From positions 1 to 30,913 of the forward strand of contig JANNJF010000105.1 in assembly GCA_031405715.1 (NCBI GenBank): a stretch of DNA of 30,913 nt, given 5' to 3'. The translations under genes were made by a program, and so were the position numbers. The notes beneath the pieces were generated by a model that saw nothing but the letters and a program-made list of their open reading frames with translations, was not told the DNA's origin and searched no databases. Below, in pieces: positions 25,081 through 30,913 of this stretch. Origin of the DNA: Gammaproteobacteria bacterium (GTDB lineage Bacteria > Pseudomonadota > Gammaproteobacteria > Acidiferrobacterales > UBA6901). Position 1 is the stretch's first letter. Each line of letters opens with the position of its first letter.

Positions 25081-26574
25081 ATGAGTGACACATCCATCCC
25101 CAGTGAAGAACCCAACGCCGCGACCCGCGAGTCCCTGGTGACCGCGCTGCGCGCGTTCCTGTCGGACGCGGCGATCCTGCATGCGCCGGAAGACACCCGG
25201 CCCTACGAGTGCGACGGTCTGTCGGCCTATCGCCAGGTACCGTGGCTGGTGGTGTTGCCGAACACAGTGGAGCAGGTGCAGCACATCCTGCGTCTGTGTC
25301 ATGCACGTCGTATACCCGTGGTGGCGCGCGGTGCCGGCACCGGTCTGTCCGGCGGCGCGCTGCCGCACGCACAGGGTGTGCTGCTGAGCCTGGCGAAGTT
25401 CACGTCGATACTCGCCATCGACCCGGCCAACCGCACGGCGCGGGTGCAGCCGGGGGTACGCAACCTGGCCATCTCCCAGGCCGCGGCAACGCACGGTCTG
25501 TATTACGCCCCCGACCCATCGTCGCAGATCGCCTGCACCATCGGCGGCAATGTGGCGGAGAACTCCGGCGGTGTGCACTGCCTCAAGTACGGACTGACGG
25601 TGCACAACATCCTCAAGCTGGAGATCGTCACTATCGACGGTGAACGCATCACCATCGGCAGCGAGGCCCTCGATGCACCGGGCTACGACCTGCTGGCACT
25701 CATGACCGGCTCGGAGGGCATGCTTGGCATTATCGTCGAGGTCAGCGTCAAACTGCTGCCGATTCCGGAACGCGCGCAGGTCATCCTCGCGGCCTTCGAT
25801 GACGTGGCCAAGGCGGGTGCTGCGGTGGGCGCTATCATCAGTGCCGGCATCATACCCGCGGGGCTCGAGATGATGGACCGGCTGGCGATATGCGCGGCTG
25901 AGGACTTCGTGCACGCCGGCTATCCCACCGAGGCCGATGCGATATTGTTGTGTGAGGTCGACGGCACCAACGAAGAAGTCTCCGAACACGTCATGCGGAT
26001 CCAGGAACTGATGCAGCATTGTGGCGCCACCGAGGTGCGTACCGCACGTGATGAACAGGAGCGCATGACCTTTTGGAAGGGGCGCAAGGCCGCGTTCCCG
26101 GCGGTGGGTCGTTTGTCGCCCGATTACTACTGCATGGACGGCACGATTCCGCGCAAGCGCCTGCCGGAGGTATTGCTGCGCATGCGTACCTTGTCGGAGG
26201 AATATGGCCTGGCCGTGGCCAACGTCTTCCACGCCGGCGACGGCAACCTGCATCCGCTGATCCTGTACGACGCCAACAAGCCTGGTGAACTGCAGCGCAC
26301 CGAGGAATTCGGCGGGCGCATCCTCGAGCTGTGCGTCGAGGTCGGCGGCACCATCACCGGCGAACACGGTGTCGGCATGGAAAAGATCAATCAGATGTGT
26401 GTACAGTTCAGCAGTGCCGAGTTACAGCAATTTCATGGGATCAAACACGCCTTTGATCCACAGGGTCTGCTCAATCCGGGCAAGGCCGTACCCACGTTGC
26501 ATCGCTGCGCCGAATTCGGCGCGCAACACGTACACCATAATTCGCTGCCTTTTCCCGAGCTAGAGCGTTTTTAA
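25081..26574 (+). CDS. glcD: Glycolate dehydrogenase/oxidase subunit GlcD
   Basis: ARGAGTGLSGGA FAD motif, YAPDPSSQIACTIGGNVAENSGGVHCLKYG, HAGDGNLHP and ITGEHGVG. Confidence 0.96.
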   Translation: MSDTSIPSEEPNAATRESLVTALRAFLSDAAILHAPEDTRPYECDGLSAYRQVPWLVVLPNTVEQVQHILRLCHARRIPVVARGAGTGLSGGALPHAQGVLLSLAKFTSILAIDPANRTARVQPGVRNLAISQAAATHGLYYAPDPSSQIACTIGGNVAENSGGVHCLKYGLTVHNILKLEIVTIDGERITIGSEALDAPGYDLLALMTGSEGMLGIIVEVSVKLLPIPERAQVILAAFDDVAKAGAAVGAIISAGIIPAGLEMMDRLAICAAEDFVHAGYPTEADAILLCEVDGTNEEVSEHVMRIQELMQHCGATEVRTARDEQERMTFWKGRKAAFPAVGRLSPDYYCMDGTIPRKRLPEVLLRMRTLSEEYGLAVANVFHAGDGNLHPLILYDANKPGELQRTEEFGGRILELCVEVGGTITGEHGVGMEKINQMCVQFSSAELQQFHGIKHAFDPQGLLNPGKAVPTLHRCAEFGAQHVHHNSLPFPELERF

Positions 26575-26576
26575 TT

Positions 26577-27638
26577 ATGCAGCGCGATTGCACACAAGAA
26601 TTCAGCGCAGCGATCCAAGCGGCCGTGGCCGATAACACCCCCCTCAATATTGTCGGAGGCGGCAACAAGGGATTCCTCGGAGGCCCACCCCGGGGGACAC
26701 TTCTCGCGGCTGCGGTGCATCGCGGCATACTTCACTACGAACCGAGCGAACTGGTGATCACGGCGCGTGCCGGCACACCACTGCGCGAACTGGAACACAC
26801 CCTGGCGGAACACGGTCAGGCGCTGGCATTCGAGCCGCCGCACTTCGGCGACACTGCAACCCTGGGTGGTGCCGTGGCCTGTGGCCTGTCGGGCCCGCGA
26901 CGCCCCTACGCCGGTGCGCTGCGTGATTTTGTACTCGGATGCCACATCATCAATGGCCGCGGCGAGATCCTGCACTTCGGCGGCGAAGTCATGAAAAATG
27001 TCGCCGGCTATGATGTGTCGCGCCTGATGTGCGGCGCCCTGGGCACCCTGGGGCTGTTGCTCGACATCAGTATCAAAGTCCTGCCGCGACCGGCGACGGA
27101 AACCACTCTGGTACAGGAGTGCACCACCGCGGCGGCGTTGGCCCGCATGAATGCCTGGGCCGGGCGACCCCTGCCCCTGTCCGCCGCCGTGTATGACGGC
27201 GAGCAACTCAGCTTCCGTCTGTCCGGCGCGGCCAGCGCGGTAAAAGCGGCGCGTCAGTCCATGGGCGGCGATCCCGTGGCGGATGCCGATCGCTTCTGGC
27301 GCGACATCCGCGAGCAGCAACACGGTTTCTTCTCCGACGCCAAATCCCTGTGGCGCCTGTCTCTGCCACCGGCCGCGGCGCCGCTGGATCTGCCGGGGAA
27401 ATGCCTGATCGACTGGGGTGGCGCACAGCGCTGGCTTATTTCCGACGCGGAAGCTGCGGTGATCCGCGCAACGGCCGTGGCGGCCGGTGGTCACGCCACC
27501 CTTTTCCGTAGCGGCACGCGGGGCACTGAACGCTTCCACCCGTTGCCGACCAATCTACTGGCGTTACATCGCGCGCTCAAACAAACCTTTGACCCCTCCG
27601 GTATATTCAATCCTGGGCGGCTGTATGCCGATCTTTAG
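26577..27638 (+). CDS. glcE: Glycolate dehydrogenase FAD-binding subunit GlcE
   Basis: YEPSELVITARAGT, ATLGGAVACGLSGPRR, VMKNVAGYDVSRL and KQTFDPSGIFNPGR. Confidence 0.96.
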   Translation: MQRDCTQEFSAAIQAAVADNTPLNIVGGGNKGFLGGPPRGTLLAAAVHRGILHYEPSELVITARAGTPLRELEHTLAEHGQALAFEPPHFGDTATLGGAVACGLSGPRRPYAGALRDFVLGCHIINGRGEILHFGGEVMKNVAGYDVSRLMCGALGTLGLLLDISIKVLPRPATETTLVQECTTAAALARMNAWAGRPLPLSAAVYDGEQLSFRLSGAASAVKAARQSMGGDPVADADRFWRDIREQQHGFFSDAKSLWRLSLPPAAAPLDLPGKCLIDWGGAQRWLISDAEAAVIRATAVAAGGHATLFRSGTRGTERFHPLPTNLLALHRALKQTFDPSGIFNPGRLYADL

Positions 27639-27664
27639 CGCCGGATAATCAGCGACCCGACTGC

Positions 27665-28900
27665 ATGCAAACCACGATCCCCGACATCATCGCGCAAACC
27701 CCCGCGGGGCAGGAAGCCGATCAGATCCTGCGCAGTTGCGTACACTGCGGGTTCTGCACCGCCACCTGTCCTACCTATCTGTTGCTCGGGGACGAGCTGG
27801 ACGGACCGCGCGGGCGTATTTACCTCATCAAGCAGGCGCTTGAAGGCACGGCGGTCACGCGCAAGACCCAGGTACATCTGGATCGCTGCCTGACATGCCG
27901 CGCGTGTGAGACCACCTGCCCTTCCGGCGTGCGTTATGGTCGTCTGCTGGAGATCGGTCGCGGCATGGTGGAGAAAAAAGTCCGTCGCCCATTGCTGGAG
28001 CGTGGCATGCGTCGCGCGTTGCGGCTGTTGATTCCCTATCCGCAGCGCTTTGCCGCATTATTATGGCTGGGCCGTCTGATGTCACCGCTGCTGCCCGCAG
28101 ACGTCAAACGCAAGCTGCCGGCCAGGCAGGTACCACAATCCTGGCCGGGCGCGCGGCATGCGCGTGTCATGCTGGTGCTGGAAGGGTGTGCACAAAGTGT
28201 CGTCACGCCCCATACCAATCTTGCGGCGGCGCGCGTACTGGATCGTCTGGGTATCTCCCTGGTGCGCGTCAGTCAAACGGTGTGCTGCGGCGCCGTGAGC
28301 CAGCACCTCTCCGCCCACGACGAGGCGCTCGCTATGATGCGCCGTAACATCGACGCCTGGTGGCCGCACCTGGAGGCAGGTGCCGAGGCCATCGTCATCT
28401 CCGCCAGCGGTTGCAGCGCCATGGTGAAGGAATACGGCGAGGCGCTGCAACACGATCCACACTACGCGCATAAAGCACAGCGCATCGCCGCCCTGGCACG
28501 GGACTTAAGCGAAATCATCGCGGATCTGCCCCTCGATCGCCTGAACATCAACGGGCACGGACGACGCATTGCCTTTCACTCCCCCTGCACATTGCAACAC
28601 GGGCAGAAGATCCTGGGACGCGTCGAGGCGGCACTGCGCACCGCGGGCTACACCCTCTCTGCAGTAACCGACGGCCACTTATGCTGCGGGTCCGCCGGGA
28701 CCTATTCCCTGCTCCAATCGACGTTATCCCGCCAGCTACTGGACAACAAACTGAGGGCCTTGCAGGGCGACGCCCCGGAATGCATCGTCACGGCCAACAT
28801 CGGCTGCCAGCTGCATCTGGCCGGCGGTGCACACGTGCCCGTTGGACATTGGATAGAACTGCTGGATGAGGCAAGCGCGCGCGGTTTGTTGGCGCGATAA
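27665..28900 (+). CDS. glcF: Glycolate dehydrogenase iron-sulfur subunit GlcF
   Basis: CVHCGFCTATCP and CLTCRACETTCP ferredoxin motifs; two CCG domains (CCGA, CCGSAG); TANIGC. Confidence 0.96.
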   Translation: MQTTIPDIIAQTPAGQEADQILRSCVHCGFCTATCPTYLLLGDELDGPRGRIYLIKQALEGTAVTRKTQVHLDRCLTCRACETTCPSGVRYGRLLEIGRGMVEKKVRRPLLERGMRRALRLLIPYPQRFAALLWLGRLMSPLLPADVKRKLPARQVPQSWPGARHARVMLVLEGCAQSVVTPHTNLAAARVLDRLGISLVRVSQTVCCGAVSQHLSAHDEALAMMRRNIDAWWPHLEAGAEAIVISASGCSAMVKEYGEALQHDPHYAHKAQRIAALARDLSEIIADLPLDRLNINGHGRRIAFHSPCTLQHGQKILGRVEAALRTAGYTLSAVTDGHLCCGSAGTYSLLQSTLSRQLLDNKLRALQGDAPECIVTANIGCQLHLAGGAHVPVGHWIELLDEASARGLLAR

Positions 28901-28908
28901 CAGTCGGG

Positions 28909-30225
28909 CTATGTCAGCCGGGTAGTAAGTTCGGCTTCTGCCGCGACCTTCATGTGCAACAACTGCTCAGTGATATTCGACCACTTTGATGCGGTGCGTG
29001 TGATGTGCATGGTTATAGCCGTGGAGAATTTTTCATAGACATAGTCTTGGCCATCCCGCAGCAGCAGGGAAACGTCTTCTATGAAGGCAATCAGCGCCTC
29101 GATTTTCTCGAGCTTTTTCTGCGTGGCTCGTACATCCTCATCCTGCTCCTTGGAGTGAAAATAATCTTCGGTATTCGCAACCATTGGACCCAGGGCGTTA
29201 TTAAACTTGTCAACGTCGAGCATGAACATGCCAAACGAGCGCTGATACACCCGGAGGTGGTCCTGCACGGTGGGAAACAGGGATTGCAACCCAGGAAAAC
29301 TATCCATCGCCTTTAAAGAGATTTTGTATATATCCAGACAGGGAGGCTTGCCAGGTTCGGTGCGGATTTTGTCCGGGCCGCGCATATTTGGCTTCATCGA
29401 CATCTGACACATCTGCTTAAAGTCTTTTAGCGAGCGCGCAATTTCATTGCTGATGGTATTGGCGCAGCGCTTTTTGTACTGGTAATCGGATTCGGCTTCC
29501 GCATAATTGAACGACTGATAGACCTTCTGCTTTACCGCCTGCTCCTGGCGGCTCTCTTCCATTGCGTCATTTTCAAAACGCTGTCTTAGTCGTTCACGTG
29601 CCTCCTGCGCCAAGCGGAATACGTGGGCACTGCGCGCCTCCACTTCCTTGGCTTCTTTGTACTCGGTCATCTGGCGATCGAATCCGATGACCGTGCGCAC
29701 AAAATCACTGGAAAATTCCAGCAGCGGACCAACAAAATGGGTGTTCTCCTCCGGACTAATGGCCATGGCAGCAAGTTGCTGCTTGAGTGCTTCGTGCTTG
29801 CTGACCAGCGATTGATGCGACTTTCTGATTCCCGTGAGGATGGTAGTCATTTCACTAAAGGTCTTATTGAGTGCCCGATTGACCTTGAGAATACCAATCA
29901 CCTTGCGCAACATGGTTTCTTCACCGGTGGCCCGCAGAAACAGGGTGCGCAGACTGGCCCGGGCATCCTCCAGCTGTTCGGCATTCAGCAGGCCATGCTC
30001 TTCGGCATAGTTGATGACAATCAGCATCAGCAATGATTCTTTTTGCTGGGAATTGAGCGGGGGTAAAGAGTTTTCGGCCGGAATCGCTGGCAAATTCTGG
30101 TTGGTCATACTCAGTAGAGAATCCGAAGTGCGAAGTAGGTCACCGAATTGAAAGCATAGACGGTAGTGCCCCGCCGGGGAAGGAAACTTCCGGGTCAGGC
30201 AAGGGAGGTTTAAATGACCGCTCAT
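28909..30225 (-). CDS. Hypothetical all-alpha/coiled-coil protein (start uncertain: 30225 or 30108)
   Basis: Long low-GC ORF rich in E/K/Q/L with heptad-like stretches and no recognisable motif. ATG 30225 has GGAGG 5 nt upstream, but ATG 30108 leaves more room for a promoter after the terminator. Confidence 0.7.
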   Translation of the reverse strand: MSGHLNLPCLTRKFPSPAGHYRLCFQFGDLLRTSDSLLSMTNQNLPAIPAENSLPPLNSQQKESLLMLIVINYAEEHGLLNAEQLEDARASLRTLFLRATGEETMLRKVIGILKVNRALNKTFSEMTTILTGIRKSHQSLVSKHEALKQQLAAMAISPEENTHFVGPLLEFSSDFVRTVIGFDRQMTEYKEAKEVEARSAHVFRLAQEARERLRQRFENDAMEESRQEQAVKQKVYQSFNYAEAESDYQYKKRCANTISNEIARSLKDFKQMCQMSMKPNMRGPDKIRTEPGKPPCLDIYKISLKAMDSFPGLQSLFPTVQDHLRVYQRSFGMFMLDVDKFNNALGPMVANTEDYFHSKEQDEDVRATQKKLEKIEALIAFIEDVSLLLRDGQDYVYEKFSTAITMHITRTASKWSNITEQLLHMKVAAEAELTTRLT

Positions 30226-30249
30226 AGCCACCTCCACAGCTCTACACCC

Positions 30250-30285
30250 AAAAAAAAGGCTTACGGTGTCGACCGTAAGCCTTTT
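30250..30285 (-). terminator. Rho-independent terminator downstream of rpoD-tRNA
   Basis: 10-bp stem GGCTTACGGT/ACCGTAAGCC (30258-30281) with a 4-nt loop, followed on the minus strand by 8 U (A run at 30250-30257); 4 T on the plus side. Confidence 0.9.
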
Positions 30286-30291
30286 AATTAC

Positions 30292-30368
<77 letters not shown>

Positions 30369-30384
30369 GTAAGAGAAGGGAACC

Positions 30385-30913
<529 letters not shown>

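Overview
A 30.9-kb chromosomal window from a high-GC proteobacterium. Gene order suggests an environmental gamma/beta-type lineage, but I cannot assign the taxon more precisely from sequence alone. Positions 1-14.8 kb carry the conserved cell-shape/peptidoglycan/lipoate block: mreB(partial)-mreC-mreD-mrdA-rodA-mltB-rlpA-dacA // dat-ybeD-lipB-lipA-YdcF-family gene. This block is split between dacA and dat by an opposite-strand ~3-kb cluster of three VPLPA-CTERM (exosortase-target) genes plus a truncated-looking leader ORF with a sigma54-like promoter. Next come an orphan REC-HD-GYP regulator divergent from a sigma54-preceded tandem TusA-like gene, and a minus-strand iclR-rlmC-glgB run. The best candidate for an undescribed system follows: an IclR regulator divergent from a phosphoketolase/transketolase-like ThDP enzyme, a DUF1537 four-carbon acid-sugar kinase and glcDEF, with no canonical glyoxylate-sink gene. 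I infer a possible new glycolate/glyoxylate salvage route via 3-oxo-tetronate; this is untested. The window ends with a low-GC helical orphan gene, a terminator, tRNA-Ile(CAT) and the 3' part of rpoD. Three intergenic copies of a nested repeat (IS5-like ends around BoxC-like hairpins) contain a 27-nt unit seen in both filled and empty sites. GC values quoted are hand counts on individual 60-nt lines, not whole-gene values.
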